A DNA stretch of 64,000 nt from Eledone cirrhosa (GCA_964016885.1 OZ024741.1:311612001-311676000); one strand, 5' to 3'; shown: positions 11,475 to 24,685, numbered from the stretch's first letter. Numbers and translations: made by a program. Notes: a model not told the origin generated them from the letters alone.

Positions 11475-14400
11475 ATAAACGGAAAAAATGAAACGATATT
11501 TCATTTCCCACTCTTAGTACGGCTGTTACTTAAATATAAGTATGTACACGTACATACATATATGTATACCGACGTACAGTAGTATGTATATATATATATA
11601 TACATACATGCACACATATATATATGCACGTATGGATTCACCGAACATTTATTATAATGCTCGGTGTGTTTGTAAACAAACATCCCGTATTAAGCCGTAG
11701 TGTCTAGCAACCACCGTTGCTCGTTTGTTCAACACTGACAAAGGAACGCTGTACTAGTTTCAAGCTTGTTAGCTATCGTCAGCAACGTATACCTTCCTGC
11801 CAGATTGTTGAACGTATATACTTACCTTATGCATATTAACGGCTGAGTAGCCCAATTTGCATATCGAGTGGGTTAATCGGCCGGGTGCACCGAAAACGAT
11901 AAACGGAAAAAATGAAACGATATTTCATTTCCCACTCTTAGTACGGCTGTTACTTAAATATAAGTATGTACACGTACATACATATATGTATACCGACGTA
12001 CAGTAGTATGTATATATATATATATACATACATGCACACATATATATATGCACGTATGGATTCACCGAACATTTATTATAATGCTCGGTGTGTTTGTAAA
12101 CAAACATCCCGTATTAAGCCGTAGTGTCTAGCAACCACCGTTGCTCGTTTGTTCAACACTGACAAAGGAACGCTGTACTAGTTTCAAGCTTGTTAGCTAT
12201 CGTCAGCAACGTATACCTTCCTGCCAGATTGTTGAACGTATATACTTACCTTATGCATATTAACGGCTGAGTAGCCCAATTTGCATATCGAGTGGGTTAA
12301 TCGGCCGGGTGCACCGAAAACGATAAACGGAAAAAATGAAACGATATTTCATTTCCCACTCTTAGTACGGCTGTTACTTAAATATAAGTATGTACACGTA
12401 CATACATATATGTATACCGACGTACAGTAGTATGTATATATATATATATACATACATGCACACATATATATATGCACGTATGGATTCACCGAACATTTAT
12501 TATAATGCTCGGTGTGTTTGTAAACAAACATCCCGTATTAAGCCGTAGTGTCTAGCAACCACCGTTGCTCGTTTGTTCAACACTGACAAAGGAACGCTGT
12601 ACTAGTTTCAAGCTTGTTAGCTATCGTCAGCAACGTATACCTTCCTGCCAGATTGTTGAACGTATATACTTACCTTATGCATATTAACGGCTGAGTAGCC
12701 CAATTTGCATATCGAGTGGGTTAATCGGCCGGGTGCACCGAAAACGATAAACGGAAAAAATGAAACGATATTTCATTTCCCACTCTTAGTACGGCTGTTA
12801 CTTAAATATAAGTATGTACACGTACATACATATATGTATACCGACGTACAGTAGTATGTATATATATATATATACATACATGCACACATATATATATGCA
12901 CGTATGGATTCACCGAACATTTATTATAATGCTCGGTGTGTTTGTAAACAAACATCCCGTATTAAGCCGTAGTGTCTAGCAACCACCGTTGCTCGTTTGT
13001 TCAACACTGACAAAGGAACGCTGTACTAGTTTCAAGCTTGTTAGCTATCGTCAGCAACGTATACCTTCCTGCCAGATTGTTGAACGTATATACTTACCTT
13101 ATGCATATTAACGGCTGAGTAGCCCAATTTGCATATCGAGTGGGTTAATCGGCCGGGTGCACCGAAAACGATAAACGGAAAAAATGAAACGATATTTCAT
13201 TTCCCACTCTTAGTACGGCTGTTACTTAAATATAAGTATGTACACGTACATACATATATGTATACCGACGTACAGTAGTATGTATATATATATATATACA
13301 TACATGCACACATATATATATGCACGTATGGATTCACCGAACATTTATTATAATGCTCGGTGTGTTTGTAAACAAACATCCCGTATTAAGCCGTAGTGTC
13401 TAGCAACCACCGTTGCTCGTTTGTTCAACACTGACAAAGGAACGCTGTACTAGTTTCAAGCTTGTTAGCTATCGTCAGCAACGTATACCTTCCTGCCAGA
13501 TTGTTGAACGTATATACTTACCTTATGCATATTAACGGCTGAGTAGCCCAATTTGCATATCGAGTGGGTTAATCGGCCGGGTGCACCGAAAACGATAAAC
13601 GGAAAAAATGAAACGATATTTCATTTCCCACTCTTAGTACGGCTGTTACTTAAATATAAGTATGTACACGTACATACATATATGTATACCGACGTACAGT
13701 AGTATGTATATATATATATATACATACATGCACACATATATATATGCACGTATGGATTCACCGAACATTTATTATAATGCTCGGTGTGTTTGTAAACAAA
13801 CATCCCGTATTAAGCCGTAGTGTCTAGCAACCACCGTTGCTCGTTTGTTCAACACTGACAAAGGAACGCTGTACTAGTTTCAAGCTTGTTAGCTATCGTC
13901 AGCAACGTATACCTTCCTGCCAGATTGTTGAACGTATATACTTACCTTATGCATATTAACGGCTGAGTAGCCCAATTTGCATATCGAGTGGGTTAATCGG
14001 CCGGGTGCACCGAAAACGATAAACGGAAAAAATGAAACGATATTTCATTTCCCACTCTTAGTACGGCTGTTACTTAAATATAAGTATGTACACGTACATA
14101 CATATATGTATACCGACGTACAGTAGTATGTATATATATATATATACATACATGCACACATATATATATGCACGTATGGATTCACCGAACATTTATTATA
14201 ATGCTCGGTGTGTTTGTAAACAAACATCCCGTATTAAGCCGTAGTGTCTAGCAACCACCGTTGCTCGTTTGTTCAACACTGACAAAGGAACGCTGTACTA
14301 GTTTCAAGCTTGTTAGCTATCGTCAGCAACGTATACCTTCCTGCCAGATTGTTGAACGTATATACTTACCTTATGCATATTAACGGCTGAGTAGCCCAAT

Positions 14401-17121
14401 TTGCATATCGAGTGGGTTAATCGGCCGGGTGCACCGAAAACGATAAACGGAAAAAATGAAACGATATTTCATTTCCCACTCTTAGTACGGCTGTTACTTA
14501 AATATAAGTATGTACACGTACATACATATATGTATACCGACGTACAGTAGTATGTATATATATATATATACATACATGCACACATATATATATGCACGTA
14601 TGGATTCACCGAACATTTATTATAATGCTCGGTGTGTTTGTAAACAAACATCCCGTATTAAGCCGTAGTGTCTAGCAACCACCGTTGCTCGTTTGTTCAA
14701 CACTGACAAAGGAACGCTGTACTAGTTTCAAGCTTGTTAGCTATCGTCAGCAACGTATACCTTCCTGCCAGATTGTTGAACGTATATACTTACCTTATGC
14801 ATATTAACGGCTGAGTAGCCCAATTTGCATATCGAGTGGGTTAATCGGCCGGGTGCACCGAAAACGATAAACGGAAAAAATGAAACGATATTTCATTTCC
14901 CACTCTTAGTACGGCTGTTACTTAAATATAAGTATGTACACGTACATACATATATGTATACCGACGTACAGTAGTATGTATATATATATATATACATACA
15001 TGCACACATATATATATGCACGTATGGATTCACCGAACATTTATTATAATGCTCGGTGTGTTTGTAAACAAACATCCCGTATTAAGCCGTAGTGTCTAGC
15101 AACCACCGTTGCTCGTTTGTTCAACACTGACAAAGGAACGCTGTACTAGTTTCAAGCTTGTTAGCTATCGTCAGCAACGTATACCTTCCTGCCAGATTGT
15201 TGAACGTATATACTTACCTTATGCATATTAACGGCTGAGTAGCCCAATTTGCATATCGAGTGGGTTAATCGGCCGGGTGCACCGAAAACGATAAACGGAA
15301 AAAATGAAACGATATTTCATTTCCCACTCTTAGTACGGCTGTTACTTAAATATAAGTATGTACACGTACATACATATATGTATACCGACGTACAGTAGTA
15401 TGTATATATATATATATACATACATGCACACATATATATATGCACGTATGGATTCACCGAACATTTATTATAATGCTCGGTGTGTTTGTAAACAAACATC
15501 CCGTATTAAGCCGTAGTGTCTAGCAACCACCGTTGCTCGTTTGTTCAACACTGACAAAGGAACGCTGTACTAGTTTCAAGCTTGTTAGCTATCGTCAGCA
15601 ACGTATACCTTCCTGCCAGATTGTTGAACGTATATACTTACCTTATGCATATTAACGGCTGAGTAGCCCAATTTGCATATCGAGTGGGTTAATCGGCCGG
15701 GTGCACCGAAAACGATAAACGGAAAAAATGAAACGATATTTCATTTCCCACTCTTAGTACGGCTGTTACTTAAATATAAGTATGTACACGTACATACATA
15801 TATGTATACCGACGTACAGTAGTATGTATATATATATATATACATACATGCACACATATATATATGCACGTATGGATTCACCGAACATTTATTATAATGC
15901 TCGGTGTGTTTGTAAACAAACATCCCGTATTAAGCCGTAGTGTCTAGCAACCACCGTTGCTCGTTTGTTCAACACTGACAAAGGAACGCTGTACTAGTTT
16001 CAAGCTTGTTAGCTATCGTCAGCAACGTATACCTTCCTGCCAGATTGTTGAACGTATATACTTACCTTATGCATATTAACGGCTGAGTAGCCCAATTTGC
16101 ATATCGAGTGGGTTAATCGGCCGGGTGCACCGAAAACGATAAACGGAAAAAATGAAACGATATTTCATTTCCCACTCTTAGTACGGCTGTTACTTAAATA
16201 TAAGTATGTACACGTACATACATATATGTATACCGACGTACAGTAGTATGTATATATATATATATACATACATGCACACATATATATATGCACGTATGGA
16301 TTCACCGAACATTTATTATAATGCTCGGTGTGTTTGTAAACAAACATCCCGTATTAAGCCGTAGTGTCTAGCAACCACCGTTGCTCGTTTGTTCAACACT
16401 GACAAAGGAACGCTGTACTAGTTTCAAGCTTGTTAGCTATCGTCAGCAACGTATACCTTCCTGCCAGATTGTTGAACGTATATACTTACCTTATGCATAT
16501 TAACGGCTGAGTAGCCCAATTTGCATATCGAGTGGGTTAATCGGCCGGGTGCACCGAAAACGATAAACGGAAAAAATGAAACGATATTTCATTTCCCACT
16601 CTTAGTACGGCTGTTACTTAAATATAAGTATGTACACGTACATACATATATGTATACCGACGTACAGTAGTATGTATATATATATATATACATACATGCA
16701 CACATATATATATGCACGTATGGATTCACCGAACATTTATTATAATGCTCGGTGTGTTTGTAAACAAACATCCCGTATTAAGCCGTAGTGTCTAGCAACC
16801 ACCGTTGCTCGTTTGTTCAACACTGACAAAGGAACGCTGTACTAGTTTCAAGCTTGTTAGCTATCGTCAGCAACGTATACCTTCCTGCCAGATTGTTGAA
16901 CGTATATACTTACCTTATGCATATTAACGGCTGAGTAGCCCAATTTGCATATCGAGTGGGTTAATCGGCCGGGTGCACCGAAAACGATAAACGGAAAAAA
17001 TGAAACGATATTTCATTTCCCACTCTTAGTACGGCTGTTACTTAAATATAAGTATGTACACGTACATACATATATGTATACCGACGTACAGTAGTATGTA
17101 TATATATATATATACATACAT
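11475..17121 (-). repeat. Tandem array of 424-bp retrozyme-like units (13 full plus a 135-bp partial)
   Basis: Exact 424-bp period (the ORF track repeats from 11501 to 16589). Each full unit has an HHR on the minus strand, at 11727-11813 + 424n. Confidence 0.97.
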
Positions 17122-17125
17122 ATAT

Positions 17126-19584
17126 ACCCACTCGATATGCAAATTGGGCTACTCAGCCGTTAATATGCATAAGGTAAGTATATACGTTCAACAATCTGGC
17201 AGGAAGGTATACGTTGCTGACGATAGCTAACAAGCTTGAAACTAGTACAGCGTTCCTTTGTCAGTGTTGAACAAACGAGCAACGGTGGTTGCTAGACACT
17301 ACGGCTTAATACGGGATGTTTGTTTACAAACACACCGAGCATTATAATAAATGTTCGGTGAATCCATACGTGCATATATATATGTGTGCATGTATGTATA
17401 TATATATATATACATACTACTGTACGTCGGTATACATATATGTATGTACGTGTACATACTTATATTTAAGTAACAGCCGTACTAAGAGTGGGAAATGAAA
17501 TATCGTTTCATTTTTTCCGTTTATCGTTTTCGGTGCACCCGGCCGATTAACCCACTCGATATGCAAATTGGGCTACTCAGCCGTTAATATGCATAAGGTA
17601 AGTATATACGTTCAACAATCTGGCAGGAAGGTATACGTTGCTGACGATAGCTAACAAGCTTGAAACTAGTACAGCGTTCCTTTGTCAGTGTTGAACAAAC
17701 GAGCAACGGTGGTTGCTAGACACTACGGCTTAATACGGGATGTTTGTTTACAAACACACCGAGCATTATAATAAATGTTCGGTGAATCCATACGTGCATA
17801 TATATATGTGTGCATGTATGTATATATATATATATACATACTACTGTACGTCGGTATACATATATGTATGTACGTGTACATACTTATATTTAAGTAACAG
17901 CCGTACTAAGAGTGGGAAATGAAATATCGTTTCATTTTTTCCGTTTATCGTTTTCGGTGCACCCGGCCGATTAACCCACTCGATATGCAAATTGGGCTAC
18001 TCAGCCGTTAATATGCATAAGGTAAGTATATACGTTCAACAATCTGGCAGGAAGGTATACGTTGCTGACGATAGCTAACAAGCTTGAAACTAGTACAGCG
18101 TTCCTTTGTCAGTGTTGAACAAACGAGCAACGGTGGTTGCTAGACACTACGGCTTAATACGGGATGTTTGTTTACAAACACACCGAGCATTATAATAAAT
18201 GTTCGGTGAATCCATACGTGCATATATATATGTGTGCATGTATGTATATATATATATATACATACTACTGTACGTCGGTATACATATATGTATGTACGTG
18301 TACATACTTATATTTAAGTAACAGCCGTACTAAGAGTGGGAAATGAAATATCGTTTCATTTTTTCCGTTTATCGTTTTCGGTGCACCCGGCCGATTAACC
18401 CACTCGATATGCAAATTGGGCTACTCAGCCGTTAATATGCATAAGGTAAGTATATACGTTCAACAATCTGGCAGGAAGGTATACGTTGCTGACGATAGCT
18501 AACAAGCTTGAAACTAGTACAGCGTTCCTTTGTCAGTGTTGAACAAACGAGCAACGGTGGTTGCTAGACACTACGGCTTAATACGGGATGTTTGTTTACA
18601 AACACACCGAGCATTATAATAAATGTTCGGTGAATCCATACGTGCATATATATATGTGTGCATGTATGTATATATATATATATACATACTACTGTACGTC
18701 GGTATACATATATGTATGTACGTGTACATACTTATATTTAAGTAACAGCCGTACTAAGAGTGGGAAATGAAATATCGTTTCATTTTTTCCGTTTATCGTT
18801 TTCGGTGCACCCGGCCGATTAACCCACTCGATATGCAAATTGGGCTACTCAGCCGTTAATATGCATAAGGTAAGTATATACGTTCAACAATCTGGCAGGA
18901 AGGTATACGTTGCTGACGATAGCTAACAAGCTTGAAACTAGTACAGCGTTCCTTTGTCAGTGTTGAACAAACGAGCAACGGTGGTTGCTAGACACTACGG
19001 CTTAATACGGGATGTTTGTTTACAAACACACCGAGCATTATAATAAATGTTCGGTGAATCCATACGTGCATATATATATGTGTGCATGTATGTATATATA
19101 TATATATACATACTACTGTACGTCGGTATACATATATGTATGTACGTGTACATACTTATATTTAAGTAACAGCCGTACTAAGAGTGGGAAATGAAATATC
19201 GTTTCATTTTTTCCGTTTATCGTTTTCGGTGCACCCGGCCGATTAACCCACTCGATATGCAAATTGGGCTACTCAGCCGTTAATATGCATAAGGTAAGTA
19301 TATACGTTCAACAATCTGGCAGGAAGGTATACGTTGCTGACGATAGCTAACAAGCTTGAAACTAGTACAGCGTTCCTTTGTCAGTGTTGAACAAACGAGC
19401 AACGGTGGTTGCTAGACACTACGGCTTAATACGGGATGTTTGTTTACAAACACACCGAGCATTATAATAAATGTTCGGTGAATCCATACGTGCATATATA
19501 TATGTGTGCATGTATGTATATATATATATATACATACTACTGTACGTCGGTATACATATATGTATGTACGTGTACATACTTATA

Positions 19585-19585
<1 letters not shown>
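17126..19585 (+). repeat. Inverted tandem array of the same 424-bp unit (about 5.8 copies, 6 HHRs)
   Basis: Reverse complement of the left array. CTGACGA cores lie at 17217, 17641, 18065, 18489, 18913 and 19337. Confidence 0.97.
17186..17272 (+). ncRNA. Type I hammerhead ribozyme of the 424-bp unit (representative of 19 copies)
   Basis: GTTCAACA-at-CTGGCA-GGA-aggtat-ACGTTG-CTGACGA-t-AGCT-aaca-AGCT-t-GAAA-CTAG-TA^CAGCGT-TCC-tt-TGTCAG-TGTTGAAC. Predicted GUA cleavage after 17247. Confidence 0.93.
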
Positions 19586-19620
<35 letters not shown>

Positions 19621-20350
19621 CACATATATATACATATACATATATATATATATATACACACAAATATACATATACATACACATAGGTATGTGAAGGGCAA
19701 GGCAAAAAGAATATATGGGGGGGGGGACATAGGAAAAGGTGAAATATAAGTGGAGGTAAGGGAGAAAAAAATATAAATATACAAGAGTACAGAACGTAGA
19801 ATCAGCAAAAAAAACCGTAGCAGAAGTAAAGAGCAGGAGAGAAGTTCAAGGCGGTTGATTTATCATAGGAGTGTCAATCAATGATCTGTAAGTGGATTGA
19901 CACTCCTATGATAAATCAACCGCCTTGAACTCTGCTACGGTTTTTTTTTGCTGATTCTACGTTCTGTACTCTTGTATATTTATATATTTTTCTCCCTTAC
20001 CTCCCCTTATATTTCACCTTTTCCTATGACCCCTCCCCCTCATATATTCTTTTTGCCTTGCCCTTCACATACCTATGTGTGTGTGTATGTATATATATGT
20101 GTATATATATGTATATATATATATATATATATTTGTGTGTGTATATGTATGTATATGTAGATAGACCAGGTTTTTTTCATTCTGAAGATTGAAGGAAAAA
20201 TTTTTTGCTTTTAAGAAACCACTGGTGAATGGAATAATTGCCTTATGTTGCTTATTACTTTATTACTTTACTACTATATATATGTATATGTAAGGTTCAT
20301 ATGAATTATCTAAGACTGAGTTTCACACACACACACACACATGTATATGT
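19586..20350. repeat. Fold-back PLE-type element; left arm continues at 11230-11475 and the right arm contains an HHR
   Basis: 19660-19879 is the reverse complement of 19895-20100. 20130-20350 is the reverse complement of 11230-11465. A family A HHR with GUG triplet lies at 20175-20234. Confidence 0.85.
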
Positions 20351-20429
20351 GTATGTGTGTGTGTGTGTATATATATGTGTATATATATATATTGTTATAC
20401 TTTGGGAGGGTCATGTTGCCAATATGAAG

Positions 20430-20501
<72 letters not shown>

Positions 20502-20819
20502 GATATTAAACAAATGGAAACTATATTTATAAAACCATATTTAATATGGTTTTATAAATATAGTTTCCATTTGTTTAATATCGTATATCTACCCCAAAAC
20601 TTGAGTGCTTTATATCAGTTATAAAATATTTACTCGTTGTAACCCAACAATTTTAAATAAAACTTTTCCATATATATATATATGTATGTGTGTGTGTGTT
20701 TGTATTTGGTTGTGCGTGTTTATGATATGTACGTATTTGAATGTGTATAATTGTATAGCTATGTATGTATATGTATGTGTGTATGTATACATATATGTGT
20801 GTGTGTGTATGTTTATATT

Positions 20820-20859
<40 letters not shown>

Positions 20860-21366
20860 TGTGTGTATAATTACATATACATATGTGTGTGTATAATTGT
20901 ATACGTGTGCGTGTTTGTGCATGTATGTGTATGTATGTGTTTTTGTATTTGTATATGTATATTTATGTGTGAGAGTGTGTGTATGTGTTTACTATTTCGT
21001 ACGTATGTATACATGCAATTGTGTGTATTACTTACCACGCGTGTCTGTCCAGTTAGCTGCCTCCTGTATCGCTGTCAAAAAAATGTTATATATATATATA
21101 TATATAAATCTTTTCTTATATTTATATGCGTGTGTGAATATGTAGAGGAGTGCATTTATGTGTGTGTATGTATGTACGTGTGTATATATGTATGATTGTG
21201 TGCATGCATGTAAGTATGTTTATGTATGTGTGTATGGCTATGTTTGTGTATGTGTATGCTTCTTTGTGTATGTGTATGCTTGTGTGCATGCATGTAAGTA
21301 TATTTATGTATGTGTGTATGGCTCTGTTTGTGTATGTGTATGGCTATGTTTGTGTATGCTTGTACG

Positions 21367-21451
<85 letters not shown>

Positions 21452-21870
21452 TGTATGTGTGTATGTATATGTATTTATATTTATGTTTCTATGTGTATGT
21501 ATATGTGTATATATGTGTGTGTGTGGTTGTATATATGTATTTGTATGTATGGATGTGTTGATATTTATGTGCGTATGTATATATTTGTTTGTGTGTATTT
21601 ATATACACATATATGTGTGTATATATGTGTGCGTGTGTGTATGTATGAGTGTTTGTATATGTATGTATATATGTATGTATATGTATGTATATATATATGT
21701 ATATATTTATACATATGTGTGTGTGTGTATGTATGCTTTTGTGTTTTTGTGTGTGTTTGCATGTGTAGTTTTATTTTATTTTTCCTTTCCTTCTTCCTTC
21801 TCCAGCCTCACTTTCATATAGATTACATTTTTGTTTTTCAAATCCAAATTTAATAAACAGACCAGGATTT

Positions 21871-21930
21871 TTTCATTCTGAGGATTGAAAGCAAAATCTT
21901 TTGCTTTTAAGAAACCACTGGTAAATGGAA
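21871..21930 (+). ncRNA. Type I hammerhead ribozyme (family A), inverted copy of 8665-8724
   Basis: TTTCATT-CTGAGGA-stem II-GAAA-CCACTGG-TA-AATGGAA. Confidence 0.85.
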
Positions 21931-22023
21931 TAATTGCCTTATGTTGTTTATTACATAACTATTAAGCTCTGTTACCTACATAGAGCACTCTTTTTTCCTG
22001 GACTTTTCCGACGGAATTACTTC

Positions 22024-22061
<38 letters not shown>

Positions 22062-22211
22062 AAATAAAATATTATTTTATCTTGACTCTGTATACCGTTT
22101 ATCTTTCACCGAAAGTGATTTTTCATTACATCTCTTCTTTCCATGATATCCGGAATACATTGAGTTCTTCATACGGATTGGACACTACCGTAAACTCTTG
22201 GTAGATTTATC

Positions 22212-22298
<87 letters not shown>

Positions 22299-22643
22299 AC
22301 ACATACAAACAAACGAATACACACACTTGCATATATCTATATATCTTTATACGCCATACACACGTATATATACCAAATATAAATACATGGGTTTAAAAAG
22401 AATGATATAATTATACTTATTTATTTATTTAATATTTTTAATATACATTTTAAAAATATGGAAGTATTTATAATATTTAGATGAGAATTATAATGTATTG
22501 CATTATATTATATACCATTAATTCTGTAAAGCAATTACAACAATATAATATGTGAATGAAATATACAATGTATTTACATATACGAGTGGATATATTTTTC
22601 GCATATACTTTTATATCATGAGTGTAGTTATAAATATAATGTA

Positions 22644-22739
22644 CTAGCTGTCCCGTCCGGCTGGCGTACGGTAGGTATATCTTCCCCCAGCACTCCATTG
22701 CAAAGATACCACACACACTCCCGTGTCACATTTTCCTCC

Positions 22740-22798
<59 letters not shown>

Positions 22799-23080
22799 GA
22801 ATAACTATTACTTCAATTGTATCTGTCTCTGTCTAACGGCCTATCTCTCTCTTTTCTCCTCCCTCTGTTTTCTGTCTCTCTCTCTGTAGATGTGTGCGTG
22901 TAGTTTTCCTATTCTTTCTCTAAATCTTTCTCCTTCTCTCTCTCCCTCTCTATATATCTCTCTCTCTATGTGTGTGTATATATTGAAGGGAGATACGGAA
23001 ACTAAAACAGTCTTGTCATATAGAGAGTGAAGAGCGACAGAGAAAGTAAAGCAGTTAAATTATAGAGAGGGGGAATGATC

Positions 23081-23121
<41 letters not shown>

Positions 23122-23878
23122 AAGTATAGATATGTGTGTGTGTGTGTTTGTGCATGTGTATGTGCATGTGTGTGTCTCTCAGTTTTGTTTTGATGTTATC
23201 CGGTATTTGGCGGAATCAGGTGTGAAAATATGTTTATTTGTGTGTGTGTGTGTTACTTATGCGAGCGACGACAGATGAATGATATACGACGAAAATTGTT
23301 TATTTCAAAATTATTTTAATGCCGATACTTGAAAAAACGTCATTGGACATTTGGTTACATGTTGCCCGCCCCCTCCACTCTATGAATAACTAACACTTTA
23401 ATTGTATCTCTCTGTCTAACGGCCTATCTCTCTTTTTCCTCTCCCTCTGTGTTTATGTCTCTCTCTGTAGATGTCTGTTTGTATTTTTCCTAAACTTTCT
23501 CTAAATCTCTCTCTGTATCTCTCTCTCTCTCTCACTCTCTCTCTTTCTCTCTCTCTCTATGTGTATATATTGGTATATATTGAAGGGAGATACGGAAACT
23601 AAAACAGTGTTGCCATATAAAGAGTGAAGAGCGACAGAGAGAGTAAAGCAGTTAAATTATAGAGATGATGAATGATCTATTATAGAGAGAGGGAAGGGTG
23701 ACGGAGAGAGTAAAGCAGTTAAATTATAGAGAGGTGGACTGATCTATTATAGAGAGAGAGACGCGTGACGGAGAGAGTAAAGCTAAGAAAGTATATGGCG
23801 GTATGTAGGATACATACACAGTATAATACATACATACGACCCTCAGCTCTGTCTCTTTCTCTCTCTCTCTCTCTCTCC

Positions 23879-23937
<59 letters not shown>

Positions 23938-24589
23938 CCTCTATGTGTATATATAGTTTTCCTAATCTTTCTCAATATCTCTCTCTATGTGTATATATTG
24001 AAGGGAGTTACGGAAACTAAACCGGTGTTGTCATATAGAGAGTTAAGGGCGACAGAGAGAGTAAAGCTGTTAAATTATAGCGACATACATATATACATAT
24101 ATATGACCGTCAGCTTTATAAGTATAGATATGTGTGTGGGTGTGTGTGTCTGTATGTATGTGTATGTGTGTTTGTGTATTGTGTATGTGCATGTGTGTGT
24201 CTGTGTTTTGTTTTGATGTTATCCGGCAATTGGCGAAATCAGGTGTGAAAGTATGTGTATTTGAGTGCGCGTGTGTGTGTGGTGTGTGTGTGTTTTCTTG
24301 TGTGTGAGTGTTACTTATGCGAGCGACGACAGATGTTGAAGGGAGATACGGAAACTAAAACAGTGTTGTCATATAGAGAGTGAAGAGTGACAGGGAGAGT
24401 AAATCAGATAAATTATAGAGAGGGAAGAACGACGGAGATAGTAAAGCTAAGAAACTATAGGGAGGGGGAATGATCTATTATAGAGAGAGGGAAGAGCGAA
24501 GGAGAGAGTAAAGTTAAGAAACTATAGGGAGGTGTGTAGGATACATACATACATAATACACACGACACTCAGCTTTATAATATTATAGA
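22644..24589 (-). mobile_element. Composite non-autonomous Helitron(s)
   Basis: On the minus strand, the 3' hairpin plus CTAG lies at 22644. 5'-type ends TCTATAATATTATAAAGCTG (24589) and TCTATACTTATAAAGCTG (about 24128) are present. Internal repeats are shared with the Helitron at 4745-6379. Confidence 0.65.
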
Positions 24590-24685
24590 TTGTAGTATAA
24601 GACATTGCTATATATCGTTATTTAAAAAATAAATAACTATTTATTACATAAATGATTACGCGTGAATATAGATCTTATTTAAGTA

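Noticed and set aside
11818-11900. U1 snRNA gene array (ATACTTACCT)
   Set aside because: Only the first 10 nt match, with no U1 stem-loops or Sm site. It is the antisense of a splice donor.
17126-17300. Spliced-leader RNA gene array
   Set aside because: The tandem arrangement and donor are suggestive, but I see no Sm site (RAU4-6GR) downstream and the region after the donor is fully explained by the HHR.
11501-19194. Repeated 60-aa ORF (MFVYKHTEH...)
   Set aside because: It runs through TA/CA microsatellite with low-complexity Y/I/C composition and is a by-product of the non-coding unit.
11475-19585. CRISPR array or rDNA/5S repeat
   Set aside because: No variable spacers, no cas genes and no rRNA similarity; eukaryotic context.
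20605-21853. Long ORFs rich in Y/I/C/V/M (also 6581-7211, 52555-53109, 59438-59721)
   Set aside because: Translations of microsatellites or the antisense of a low-complexity ORF1.
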